Shown here one piece after another: positions 1-8,852 of a stretch of 64,000 nt of DNA; positions within the stretch are counted from its first letter, which is position 1, and the number at the start of each line of letters is the position of its first letter. The stretch lies in IMG/VR virus record IMGVR_UViG_3300009455_000007, one strand, 5' to 3'. Source of the DNA: an uncultured virus (IMG/VR IMGVR_UViG_3300009455_000007) (taxonomy: Duplodnaviria; Heunggongvirae; Uroviricota; Caudoviricetes). A program made the translations under genes and the position numbers. The notes under the pieces were generated by a model. It was given only the letters and a program-made list of their open reading frames with translations. It made no database searches and was not told where the DNA came from.

Positions 1-2
1 CC

Positions 3-209
3 GACTCGCTAAGTGATGCGATGCAGGAGTACCAGCGAGATCTCTACCGTAGGATGATTGCACGCTCACCCGGCTTGTTCGATAAGTACACGAACATATC
101 GCTGACCTCCACTACGAAGGAAGACCTTCAAGGACTGATCAGCCATGGCAAAACGCTCTTTCCCGGACAAGTACCTGATCGCAACACTGAACAAGAGGGC
201 GACAAATGA
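3..209 (+). CDS. hypothetical protein, probably 5'-truncated by the window edge
   Basis: Frame of ORF 21..209 is open back to position 3; its stop overlaps the next ATG (ATGA). Confidence 0.5.
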   Translation, partial: DSLSDAMQEYQRDLYRRMIARSPGLFDKYTNISLTSTTKEDLQGLISHGKTLFPGQVPDRNTEQEGDK

Positions 210-349
210 AACAGCTGCAATCGATCTTCGACCTTTCGTCTTTCGGCGAGATGATGCGCAGTGCCGAGTCCAAAGGCAGCGAGGACCTGGGCGAGCAGTG
301 CGAGCGGTGCGAACTCCACCCGCTGGAGTGTGAGTGCGATGAAACGTAG
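206..349 (+). CDS. small Cys-rich hypothetical protein
   Basis: 47-aa ORF coupled by ATGA overlap; C-terminal CERCELHPLECEC. Confidence 0.45.
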   Translation: MKQLQSIFDLSSFGEMMRSAESKGSEDLGEQCERCELHPLECECDET

Positions 350-496
350 CTCCGAACTCCACGAGTGCGACCACAACACACTCAGTACTTTGGTCGATAC
401 CAACTACTTACCGTGAAATCGAATCCGACCGAACAATCCATACGCTGTGGATCGCAGTCCAGGAAACGAAAGACCCCGATTTCGTGGAGAACATCA

Positions 497-829
497 GTGA
501 GTGACATCCCCGAACTCAAGCGCCTCGAGAAGCAGCTCCACCAACTGCAGCCCGACGATCCACGCACCTACATGCTGCGTGCGATCTTCAACGATCGCCT
601 GGAGAAGAGCATGCTCTCGCTTGAACAACAGCTCGCTGCCATCGGCACGCTCGAGTACAACGTCACGCCCTACCGCGTGACGTTCAAACCTTTCGTGCAA
701 GGCGCAATGCTCAAGCAGATCATGTCGAGCAGCTTCGGCGTCAAGACCAACCACTTTCCGATCCGAATCCCCCCGAAGTACTGGGGCGTCAAGATCATCA
801 ACCACACCCCCTTCGACGCGAGTATTTGA
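497..829 (+). CDS. hypothetical protein
   Basis: GGAGA SD before GTG at 497; GC3-rich codons. Confidence 0.6.
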   Translation: MSDIPELKRLEKQLHQLQPDDPRTYMLRAIFNDRLEKSMLSLEQQLAAIGTLEYNVTPYRVTFKPFVQGAMLKQIMSSSFGVKTNHFPIRIPPKYWGVKIINHTPFDASI

Positions 830-1011
830 TGGCCCTCCCCCTGTACGAACTGCTGGATACCACCACCAAGCTGCGCGTGCAGCTGCCGCTGCCCCTGGGC
901 ACGTTGCGCATGGCACAGGCCATGCGGCGTGCGTGCAACAAGCGCGACGGCGATCCGCTGCGCTACGTGGTGGTTCCAGGCCCCGCCCACCCCAAGTACT
1001 TGAAGAAGTAA
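826..1011 (+). CDS. hypothetical protein
   Basis: Overlaps upstream stop; phage-like codon use. Confidence 0.55.
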   Translation: MMALPLYELLDTTTKLRVQLPLPLGTLRMAQAMRRACNKRDGDPLRYVVVPGPAHPKYLKK

Positions 1012-1397
1012 CCCATGACCGACCCTCTTCAAAGCTCTGATCCTGCTACGAGGCTCATAGCCGAGGCTGCAGCTCGTGGGCAAGTCGAACTGCTGAAAAA
1101 AGAGCTAAATCGGCATGGCCATTGAATGGGTCGGTGCCAAACACGAAGCCGCGAGTACGGCACGAGGTACACCCAGGCTGAAGTGTTCTACGCCGCACCA
1201 GATGCACCGCAAGCGCATCGAGATCCAAGGTGACAGCGACGATAAGGCAGTGGTCGTCGTTGGTGCCGACAAGAAGTGAGCTACGACTCGCAAACCGAGC
1301 ACTGTTCCAAGCATCAGGTTTATTACCTGGCAGGAACCCAGTGCTACGTTTGTAAAGACATCCAGCGCCGTTGGCGCCTCAAACTAGGAGCAACACC

Positions 1398-1679
1398 ATG
1401 ACCAAGCTCTACGACCGCATCATCGACGCCCTCAACAAGGTCGACATCCCCGAGTTCCACCAGCTCCGCAACGAGCTCGAAATCGGCAAGCACCTGAACC
1501 CGCAGGCCGAGGCATCCACGCAGCTCAAGCTGCTGATCCTCAAGAGCGCGCACAAGAACACCGCCGAAGCAGTGAAGGCGCTCAAGCACCTGGAGCTGGC
1601 CGACGAGGCCCTGGAGCTGCACGGCGCACTGACCCGCGAAGTGTTCGAGACCGCGAACGAGGTCAACAAGACGGACTAG
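1398..1679 (+). CDS. hypothetical protein
   Basis: AGGAG SD, ATG 1398, strong GC3 bias. Confidence 0.7.
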   Translation: MTKLYDRIIDALNKVDIPEFHQLRNELEIGKHLNPQAEASTQLKLLILKSAHKNTAEAVKALKHLELADEALELHGALTREVFETANEVNKTD

Positions 1680-1681
1680 TC

Positions 1682-2153
1682 GTGGAGCTCGATCCCGTCG
1701 CTGATCAGTTCCGCCTACGGCTCAAGCACGGCGTCAAAAAATGCGACAACTGCGTGTTCTACGAGCACAAAGCTGTTTTCTGGTGCAAAAAAACATGAAA
1801 AGTACCCCAGCGAACGCGGTATGAGCTGCGAAGAGCACAAATTCCAAGAAGGAACTCACACCGGAAGCCGCAGGTACGGATACTCGGCAAGCGCTTCTGC
1901 TTCAACAGCTCAGTCCAATGGTGCGCCAAATATGAAACCGCTCCAGCAGAACGAGAAGTTAACCAGCAAGATTGTCGAGATTTCGAACGCAAGCAGTGAG
2001 TTTCGAAAAAAGCTCTTCGGTGATCTTGCGTGCGACAGGTGCGTGCACTTCACTCCACGCTGGTCCTTGCATCCGTGGTGTGAGCAGTTCTACGAAACTC
2101 CAGGCGAGCGCAATGCCAACCAATACGACTGCCCAAAGCTCCGACACCGCTGA
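1682..2153 (+). pseudogene. three partly frameshifted or degenerate members of the small Cys-rich paralogue family
   Basis: CxxC..WC..C units in shifting frames (KCDNCVF..WCKK; FCFN..WCAK..DC; ACDRCVHF..WCEQ..DC); frameshift at A7 tract near 1787-1793. Confidence 0.5.
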
Positions 2154-2307
2154 GCGCATGCGCGTGAAGATCCTGGGCAAACCAGGGTGCGAGAACTGCC
2201 AATTCTTCTACACGACAGCTTCGGCAACGCCATGGTGCGAACATAAAGTGTCTCCACCAACCTTTCCACTTACTTGTACCTTGCACAAATATGGCAAACG
2301 AAGCTGA
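2113..2307 (+). CDS. small Cys-rich protein (AERMRxKI family)
   Basis: AERMRVKILG, CENC, WC, C. Confidence 0.6.
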   Translation: MPTNTTAQSSDTAERMRVKILGKPGCENCQFFYTTASATPWCEHKVSPPTFPLTCTLHKYGKRS

Positions 2308-2410
2308 GCGCATGCGCGCCAAGATCAACGGCACCTTTGCTTGTGCACGGGAAAGGAAACGCTTGATGCGAGAAAAACCGATTTGCCCCACAGCCTGTCG
2401 GCCTTTTTGA
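2291..2410 (+). CDS. truncated or divergent AERMRAKI family member
   Basis: MANEAERMRAKING followed by a divergent short tail. Confidence 0.45.
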   Translation: MANEAERMRAKINGTFACARERKRLMREKPICPTACRPF

Positions 2411-2481
2411 ACCGCTGAAAAGCGAACGCAGGCACCATTTAGACCCAGACACAATTTACGACGGATATGAGGGGCCGGCTG

Positions 2482-2709
2482 ATGAGCAATGAAGCTGAGC
2501 GCATGCGCGCCAAGATAGAAGGCAAGCTCAACTGCCGTAACTGCATCAATTTTCACTCAGAAGGCGACAGTTGGTGCCACAAAAAATCTTATGCCCCGCA
2601 CAATACAGAAGTAATCGAATACCAGTACTGCGAAATGTTCAAACTCAGGAACATGCCAATTACTGTCGGTATCGCGATGCGCATCTTCTTGGACCCGAAG
2701 TTCAAATGA
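2482..2709 (+). CDS. small Cys-rich protein (AERMRAKI family)
   Basis: MSNEAERMRAKIEGKLNCRNC..WC..C. Confidence 0.65.
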   Translation: MSNEAERMRAKIEGKLNCRNCINFHSEGDSWCHKKSYAPHNTEVIEYQYCEMFKLRNMPITVGIAMRIFLDPKFK

Positions 2710-2915
2710 GCAACAAAGCTGAGCGCATGCGCGCCAAGATCGAGGGCAAGCTCAACTGCCTGTGGTGCGAGCACTTCAACGAAAGCGTCGTTAGGTGGTG
2801 CGAGCTTAAATGCTATGCACCGCTGAAAAGCACTAAATTCAAGCGCAGCGAAAAAGAGTTCGGCAACGGTCCAAACAACTGGTCTGTCACCGAGTACTAC
2901 TTCAAACCTGAGTAG
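2706..2915 (+). CDS. small Cys-rich protein (AERMRAKI family)
   Basis: MSNKAERMRAKIEGKLNCLWC..WC; ATGA overlap with previous unit. Confidence 0.65.
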   Translation: MSNKAERMRAKIEGKLNCLWCEHFNESVVRWCELKCYAPLKSTKFKRSEKEFGNGPNNWSVTEYYFKPE

Positions 2916-2956
2916 CCAGGCAAAGCTACAACCCACCACCAACTAGGAGTACAACT

Positions 2957-4042
2957 ATGCGTCCCACCCAGCTCAAGCTCGCCGTCAAGCGCGCCATGCG
3001 CCTGAAGCGCCCCCTGATGATCCACGGCTCCCCCGGCATCGGCAAGTCGGACATCGTCGACCAGGCCCGCAAGGAAGAGGGCTACGAGCACATGATCGAT
3101 CTCCGGCTTTCCCAGCTGGACCAGGTCGACCTGCGCGGCGTTCCCTCGGTCGTCAGCATGCAGGTTCCGAACCCGCTCTACAGCGGCAAGAAGTCGACCG
3201 AACCGCAGTTCCTGGAGCAGACCACCACCGTGTGGAATCCGCCGGAATTCCTGCCGCACCAGCCCAAGACGATCCTGTTCCTGGACGAGATCAACTCGGC
3301 GTCGCCGGGCGTCATGGCCGCGGCCTACGAGCTGATCCTGAACCGCCGCGTCGGCAAGCACCACCTCCCGCCGGACTGCGCCATCATCTGCGCCGGTAAC
3401 CTGGCTTCGGACTTCGCCATGGTCAATCCGATGCCGTCCGCGCTGAAGAACCGCATGACCCACCTGACGCTCGACGTCAACAACGACGACTGGTGCGAGT
3501 GGGCCATCGGCGCCGGCATCCACGAGTCGGTGATCGCCTTCCTGCGCTTCCGCCCGGGCCTGCTCAACGAGTTCGAGCAGGGCAACAAGACCAAGGAGGC
3601 CAAGGGCAAGGCGCGCAACATGCGTGAAGCCACCGCCTTCGCCACCCCGCGTACCTGGCAGATCATGTCCGAGTTCGTCACCGACGGCATCGAGCCCGAG
3701 ATCGAGTACGAGACCTACACCGGCATCATCGGCGAGGCCGCGGCGGCCGAGTTCGTCGGCTTCCAGAAGTACTACCGCTCGCTGCCGAACCTGGACCAGG
3801 TCCTGATGAACCCGAAGACCTCCAAGGTTCCGACCGAGCCGGCGACGCTGTACGCCCTCGCCACCGGCCTGGCCGCGCGTGCCACGCTCGACAACATGGA
3901 GCGCGTGGTGCAGTACATCGAGCGCGTGCCGAAGGAGTTCCAGGTGCTGACCATCCGCGACTGCACCCTGCGCAACCAGGACCTGGCGTTCACCAAGGCG
4001 TTCAACAACTGGTCGGTCAAGAACGCAGACCTGATCAGCTGA
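2957..4042 (+). CDS. MoxR-like AAA+ ATPase
   Basis: Walker A GSPGIGKS, Walker B ILFLDEIN, AGN sensor, ALKNR finger, TPRTW. Confidence 0.9.
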   Translation: MRPTQLKLAVKRAMRLKRPLMIHGSPGIGKSDIVDQARKEEGYEHMIDLRLSQLDQVDLRGVPSVVSMQVPNPLYSGKKSTEPQFLEQTTTVWNPPEFLPHQPKTILFLDEINSASPGVMAAAYELILNRRVGKHHLPPDCAIICAGNLASDFAMVNPMPSALKNRMTHLTLDVNNDDWCEWAIGAGIHESVIAFLRFRPGLLNEFEQGNKTKEAKGKARNMREATAFATPRTWQIMSEFVTDGIEPEIEYETYTGIIGEAAAAEFVGFQKYYRSLPNLDQVLMNPKTSKVPTEPATLYALATGLAARATLDNMERVVQYIERVPKEFQVLTIRDCTLRNQDLAFTKAFNNWSVKNADLIS

Positions 4043-4500
4043 CCAAGTGCTCGAACGGAGAGTCCAAGTGCTGTATTGGCTTGGTAAGCGCTAACAACGG
4101 GTTCGCTAACGCGATCACCGGCACACTTCTAGTAGATCGGTTCCTACACCAGAGGGAGCCCCTAAGGACACAGTTTCTGGTAGTCCGCGAAAAGCGTAAC
4201 GTCCTGTGCATGGTTGAACAGGTAACGCGTTGACAAAAAAGCAGCTCTTTGAAACGGCAATGCTACGCACGCGCCCAGTAGTGTAGGCCCTCCGCCAGTA
4301 CGGCCCGGACGAGACTGGCACCAAACAAAGCTCTCTTCATGCTTTGAAGAACGCTAGTAATGCAGGTGACGACCTGAGCAGGTGGACGAGAAAGATAGAA
4401 GCACGTCGGTATTGGGTGTGTAAATGCGCCTCTGTTTTCCTTCGACGCGTAGCTGCTGAAAGTCCGCAGGACAGTTTTAGTCTATTGATCCTCCGCTGGT
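4043..4500 (+). ncRNA. candidate structured non-coding RNA region
   Basis: About 500 bp with no credible ORF and several inverted repeats (ACCAGA/TCTGGT, CCTGT/ACAGG, GCCAGT/ACTGGC, TCTTCA/TGAAGA, CAGGT/ACCTG). Confidence 0.4.
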
Positions 4501-4560
4501 AGAAGCCGACACCAGCACCATTTCACCCCGCACGCACTGCTGGTTCTCCTAGGGCGGTGC

Positions 4561-4959
4561 GTGCGGACCTCTTCGAACCCGCAGGTGTATGCAGTGAAAA
4601 ATTTCGAGCTGCTGTGGAGCGGTGAGCAACAGCATCTTCGGCACTTTCTTCTTTTTCGCCGTGATGCTTTGGGCTGCGTTCCCCCTCGGATGGTGGAAGT
4701 AATGCGCATGACACGCATCGACGCACTCACCTGGGTGAGCAGGTACGCAAGCAAGACCAAAGGCATGCTCCCGTGGTCTTGCGGGTCTCCGCACCAGAAC
4801 GACATCCGCTTGAGGGCGGCTACCAAGGGCGCGCTGATCTTCAAGGTCGAGAAGCGCTACGAAGAACTCGCTATCTTCGAACCCGCCCCTACCAAGCACC
4901 TTGGAAGCTGGAGCAGCACCATCACCATCGACCAAATGAGGTCGCACCGTGGCCATTGA
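4561..4959 (+). CDS. hypothetical protein
   Basis: ORF in operon orientation; start uncertain. Confidence 0.45.
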   Translation: MRTSSNPQVYAVKNFELLWSGEQQHLRHFLLFRRDALGCVPPRMVEVMRMTRIDALTWVSRYASKTKGMLPWSCGSPHQNDIRLRAATKGALIFKVEKRYEELAIFEPAPTKHLGSWSSTITIDQMRSHRGH

Positions 4960-5164
4960 CAGCCTTGACGAAGCCAAAGCCTGGGTCGCCAAGCACCAGG
5001 AACTCAATCTCACAACCCGCAGGTATTCCTGCAAGGACCCGTTCGAGAAAGACCTCGTGCATACGGCCAACACCACCGGCGAGCTCGTGCTCAAGGTGGT
5101 GATGTCCTACAAAGCCGAGGCTTCAAACATCTGGCGACGGAGGCTAGGCGTATGTGACTTCTGA
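4949..5164 (+). CDS. hypothetical protein
   Basis: GAGG SD, GTG start, overlapping neighbours. Confidence 0.55.
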   Translation: MAIDSLDEAKAWVAKHQELNLTTRRYSCKDPFEKDLVHTANTTGELVLKVVMSYKAEASNIWRRRLGVCDF

Positions 5165-5555
5165 ACGGCTACCCCGCCACTTCATGGGGGCGATCATCGG
5201 CAACGGGTACATCGTCCCTGCTGATCTCGGTGAGTTCGGACAAACCATGTACGTCCGCATCCTCAAGGCTGCTGACGACGGCGACAAAACAGCACGCGCA
5301 ATTCTCGACACGATACCGATCAGCACATACGAAGATCTTTATGTTCGCAACAAGTACGGCATAGGACTGTACGCATCCAAGAAGGGCCAAAGTTTTATAT
5401 TGCGCCATGCACATTACCCACCCAGCTTCAAAGGCAAGTGCTGGCCTGAATTACAGCGTCAGGCCGAACTCGGAAGTTATACCGCTAGGCGCTTAATCAA
5501 TAAGATCAGTCGCGCCCGCTTCCTCGATCCGGATTTTCAACTACAGGATATCTAA
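5154..5555 (+). CDS. hypothetical protein
   Basis: Coupled ORF. Confidence 0.55.
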   Translation: MTSERLPRHFMGAIIGNGYIVPADLGEFGQTMYVRILKAADDGDKTARAILDTIPISTYEDLYVRNKYGIGLYASKKGQSFILRHAHYPPSFKGKCWPELQRQAELGSYTARRLINKISRARFLDPDFQLQDI

Positions 5556-5556
5556 C

Positions 5557-6195
5557 ATGGCAACTGTCCCGCATTCCAGAAAGATCACCGACGCAATCAT
5601 CGCCAACGCTGTCGCACCATTCGACACAGCAATGCGAGAAGTAACGCAACAGATCACCACCGACGATACTCTGCTGCGTTGCATCAACATCGACCAGTCG
5701 AACGAGGAGCAAACCAGACTGGCTGAGCAGCTGTGTGCCATCAACCCAGCATGGTTCTCCAAGAACTATATTTACATCCAGATCCAATTCGAAGGTCGAA
5801 CCTTCCAGATCGACTGCGATGGACGTGCGAATACAGCAGTCGCCCATACGACGATCGTGTACAACTACGACAGGACCGGCGCACCGCTCTCCAAGGACAC
5901 CCCGGTATTCGCGCGCTTCAATGAACTGTATAGCCTCTTCAAGCGAGCGAACGACGACAAGCACGCGCTGAGCCTGGCGATCGAGACCGTGGTCGAAGCA
6001 ACACCCAACCTCCAGCGCGCCGTCGAGATCATGCCTGCTCTCCTGAACTGGTTCCCCGACGACGTGCGCAAGCGTTACAACGCCCCCAAGGCGGCCAAAG
6101 CGCCGCGCCGTGCTTCGGCTGAAGAGGTCAAGGCCGAAGCGTTCACCCCCGAAGCCCTGGCCGCCATGGCCCGTGCAAGGATGTCCCAACCCTAG
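5557..6195 (+). CDS. hypothetical protein, possibly Nmad5-like
   Basis: 212-aa ORF; segment TPNLQRAVEIMPALLNWFP recalls the Nmad5 C-terminal pattern (unverified). Confidence 0.55.
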   Translation: MATVPHSRKITDAIIANAVAPFDTAMREVTQQITTDDTLLRCINIDQSNEEQTRLAEQLCAINPAWFSKNYIYIQIQFEGRTFQIDCDGRANTAVAHTTIVYNYDRTGAPLSKDTPVFARFNELYSLFKRANDDKHALSLAIETVVEATPNLQRAVEIMPALLNWFPDDVRKRYNAPKAAKAPRRASAEEVKAEAFTPEALAAMARARMSQP

Positions 6196-6206
6196 GAGAA
6201 TCACCG

Positions 6207-7328
6207 ATGACCAAAACCGACCTGTTCACCCGTGCCCGCGCCAACCTCGTCCTCGCCCACCCTTTCTTCGGCGCCCTGGCGCTCCGGATCAAGCCCATCG
6301 AGGACTCCACGATCGAGACCGCCAACACCGACGGCTCCGTCATCCGCTACAACCCCGACTTCGTCAACAAGCTCTCCCTGGCCAAGTGCACCGGTCTCAT
6401 CGCCCATGAGATCATGCACCCCGCCATGCTGCATCACACCCGTATGGGCGCCCGCGAGCACAGCCGCTGGAACATGGCCTGCGACTACGCTATCAACCCG
6501 ATCCTGGTCAACGCGGGCTTCGATCTGCCCGACGGCGCGCTGATCAACCATGCCTGGGCCGACAAGTCCGCCGAAGAGATCTACGAGCTCCTGCCGCCCG
6601 GCTCCGGCCAGGGCCAGAGCGACCCCGGCAACTGCGGCGCCGTCTTCCGCGCCAGCGGCAAGGGTGGCAAGCAGCCCTCCAACAGCGAGCTGGCCGAGCA
6701 GGAAGCCGAGTGGAAGATCACCCTCTCCCAGGCCGCCCACATGGCCAAGCAGGCCGGCAAGCTGCCCGCGGGCCTGGAGCGCCTCATCGACGCCACGCTC
6801 GAGCCCCAGATGCCCTGGCGTGCGCTCCTGCACCAGTTCTTCAACGACCCGAAGCCGGCCGACGTCACCTGGCGCCGTCCGAACCGCCGCTTCATCGCCG
6901 GCGGCCTGTACATGCCCAGCTGCGACACGACCACCACCACCGGCGACGTCGTGGTGGTCATCGACACTTCCGGCTCGATCTCCGAGAAGGAGATCAACGA
7001 ATTCGGCAGCGAGATCAAGGGCATCCACGACCAGCTCAAGCCAAACAAGCTGACGGTGATCTACTGCGACGCTGCGGTGAACCACGTCGACGAGTTCGGT
7101 CCGTTCGACGAGCTGGAATTCAAGTGCATCGGCGGCGGTGGTACCGACTTCCGCCCGCCGTTCAAGAAGCTGGCCGACGACGGCGTGACCCCCAAGGCAC
7201 TGGTCTACCTGACCGACGGCTACGGCTCGTTCCCCGACGAAGATGATGTGGAGTACCCCGTCCTGTGGGCAATCAACAACCGCCAAGTGACCCCGCCGTT
7301 CGGCCAGCACTTGATCCTCGACGTCTGA
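6207..7328 (+). CDS. metallopeptidase-VWA protein (DUF2201-like), MoxR partner
   Basis: HEIMH zincin motif, WNMACDYAIN, MIDAS DTSGS, GGGTDFRP, YLTDG. Confidence 0.9.
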   Translation: MTKTDLFTRARANLVLAHPFFGALALRIKPIEDSTIETANTDGSVIRYNPDFVNKLSLAKCTGLIAHEIMHPAMLHHTRMGAREHSRWNMACDYAINPILVNAGFDLPDGALINHAWADKSAEEIYELLPPGSGQGQSDPGNCGAVFRASGKGGKQPSNSELAEQEAEWKITLSQAAHMAKQAGKLPAGLERLIDATLEPQMPWRALLHQFFNDPKPADVTWRRPNRRFIAGGLYMPSCDTTTTTGDVVVVIDTSGSISEKEINEFGSEIKGIHDQLKPNKLTVIYCDAAVNHVDEFGPFDELEFKCIGGGGTDFRPPFKKLADDGVTPKALVYLTDGYGSFPDEDDVEYPVLWAINNRQVTPPFGQHLILDV

Positions 7329-7345
7329 CCCCCGAGGCTTTTGCC

Positions 7346-7513
7346 ATGCTCAAGGCGATGGGCTATCGCCTTAAGTTTTACTGGGCTGCAGGTAACGGGT
7401 GGACGCTGGCGCTAGACAATTTCCAGTATCTGGCGATAGTCACGGAAAACCATCTCAACGCCCTCCGCCGGGCTCTCCACAAGGCCCTGGATGTCGTGCG
7501 CTACGAGAAATAG
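7346..7513 (+). CDS. hypothetical protein
   Basis: GAGG SD, short ORF. Confidence 0.4.
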   Translation: MLKAMGYRLKFYWAAGNGWTLALDNFQYLAIVTENHLNALRRALHKALDVVRYEK

Positions 7514-7550
7514 TACACTCGAGCTCCAACCCCTTGAGGAGCTCGAGTCC

Positions 7551-8249
7551 ATGTCCATCAAAGCCTGGAGCCACTCTCGGCTCGGTGTTTTCGAATCCTG
7601 CCCCCTGCGCGCCAAGCTGGCGTACGTCGACCGGATCCCGGAACCCGTCCGGCCCCTCCCTCCAGGCAAGAGCGAACACGCCAACGACCGCGGCAGCCGG
7701 ATCCATGACGCCGGCGAGCTGTACGTCAAGGAGAACGTCGAGCTGATCCCCGAGCTCCGCTCCTTCAAGGAAGAGTTCCAGGCCCTGCGAGCACTGCACC
7801 GCCAGGGCAAAGTGCGCACCGAAGGCGAATGGGCGTTCGACGTGGACTGGAACCCGGTGGACTGGTCTGATAGGCGCGCGTGGCTGCGCATGAAGCTGGA
7901 TGCCCTGGTCATGGTGAGCAAGACCCATGCCGTGGTCATCGACTACAAGACCGGCAAGAAGTTCGGCAACGAGTTCAAGCATGGCGAGCAAGGGCAGCTG
8001 TACCAGCTCGGCACGTTCATGCGCTTCCCGGAGCTGCAGACGATCGACGTGGAGTTCTGGTACACCGACCAGGACGACATCACCCACATGCACTTCAAGC
8101 GTGAACAGGGCCTGCGCTTCTACCGCAACTTCAACACCCGTGGTCAGGCGATCACGACCGCGACCGACTTCCCGGCCAAGCCGAACATGTTCACGTGCAA
8201 GTGGTGCCCGTACAACGACGGGGTGAACTGCACAAAAGGAGTGAAATGA
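7551..8249 (+). CDS. PD-(D/E)XK (RecB/Cas4-like) nuclease
   Basis: WSHSRL..CP, G..IH, KLDA..VIDYKTG, Q..LY, C-terminal CKWCPY..C. Confidence 0.85.
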   Translation: MSIKAWSHSRLGVFESCPLRAKLAYVDRIPEPVRPLPPGKSEHANDRGSRIHDAGELYVKENVELIPELRSFKEEFQALRALHRQGKVRTEGEWAFDVDWNPVDWSDRRAWLRMKLDALVMVSKTHAVVIDYKTGKKFGNEFKHGEQGQLYQLGTFMRFPELQTIDVEFWYTDQDDITHMHFKREQGLRFYRNFNTRGQAITTATDFPAKPNMFTCKWCPYNDGVNCTKGVK

Positions 8250-8852
8250 CCCCGAACAAAATCTTCGGCAGCTCAAAGCCAAAATTCCAAGGCGTAGCGG
8301 TCAGCACGATCGCCATCGATGCCGAGACCGCCAAACTACGGCGCGGCAGCTACAAGGAACTCGGCAATGGCCGAGCGCCTCCGGGAGAAGATCTTTGGGC
8401 AAGTACGCCCCTCGCGATGGAATTGAAGCGCTAGAGCAGCGTTTCGGAAAGGTAGAAAAGCGCCGACCAGAGCTGACACTCAAGCAGATGTTCACCAAGC
8501 GCTTGCCTGGACGGATTGTCTTCCGCGACAAGAGCTTCATACACATGGTGTAAATATCGAGCGGGAAGCTCTTCTTGAGCACCGACAACGAAAAGTTCAT
8601 TTAGCCGGGTTACCCACCTCGGCATAGCCCACATGCGCTTTCCCGGTAGCTACGAAACAGCAATCCTGGCTTTCATCGCAGCAATCGGTGGACCCAAACG
8701 TGTCGAAAGGACTTAACCCCGCGCTCATGCGACAAAGTGAACTCCTTGTCGATGAATTAACTGCAGCAGTTTGGCGAAGGAAAATCATTTTCGGTGACGA
8801 CGACCACTTCACAAAGCTTCTAGTCGAACGTCTGCCCGCAGGAAGGAAATCC

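Larger units (their letters stand above)
2149..2733 (+). repeat. four copies of GCTGAGCGCATGCGCG (2149, 2303, 2494, 2718)
   Basis: Exact 16-mer read four times; extends to 25 bp in the last three copies; encodes AERMR. Confidence 0.9.

Noticed and set aside
2149..2733. CRISPR-like repeat array
   Set aside because: Spacing is 150-225 bp and irregular, the repeats encode a conserved peptide, and there is no cas operon.
4230..4260. Sigma70 promoter at TTGACA
   Set aside because: No credible -10 box at 16-18 bp; the TTGACA at 59227 has only a weak one (TACTTC).
7551..8249. Cas4 as part of a CRISPR system
   Set aside because: Stand-alone phage PD-(D/E)XK nuclease in a replication module.
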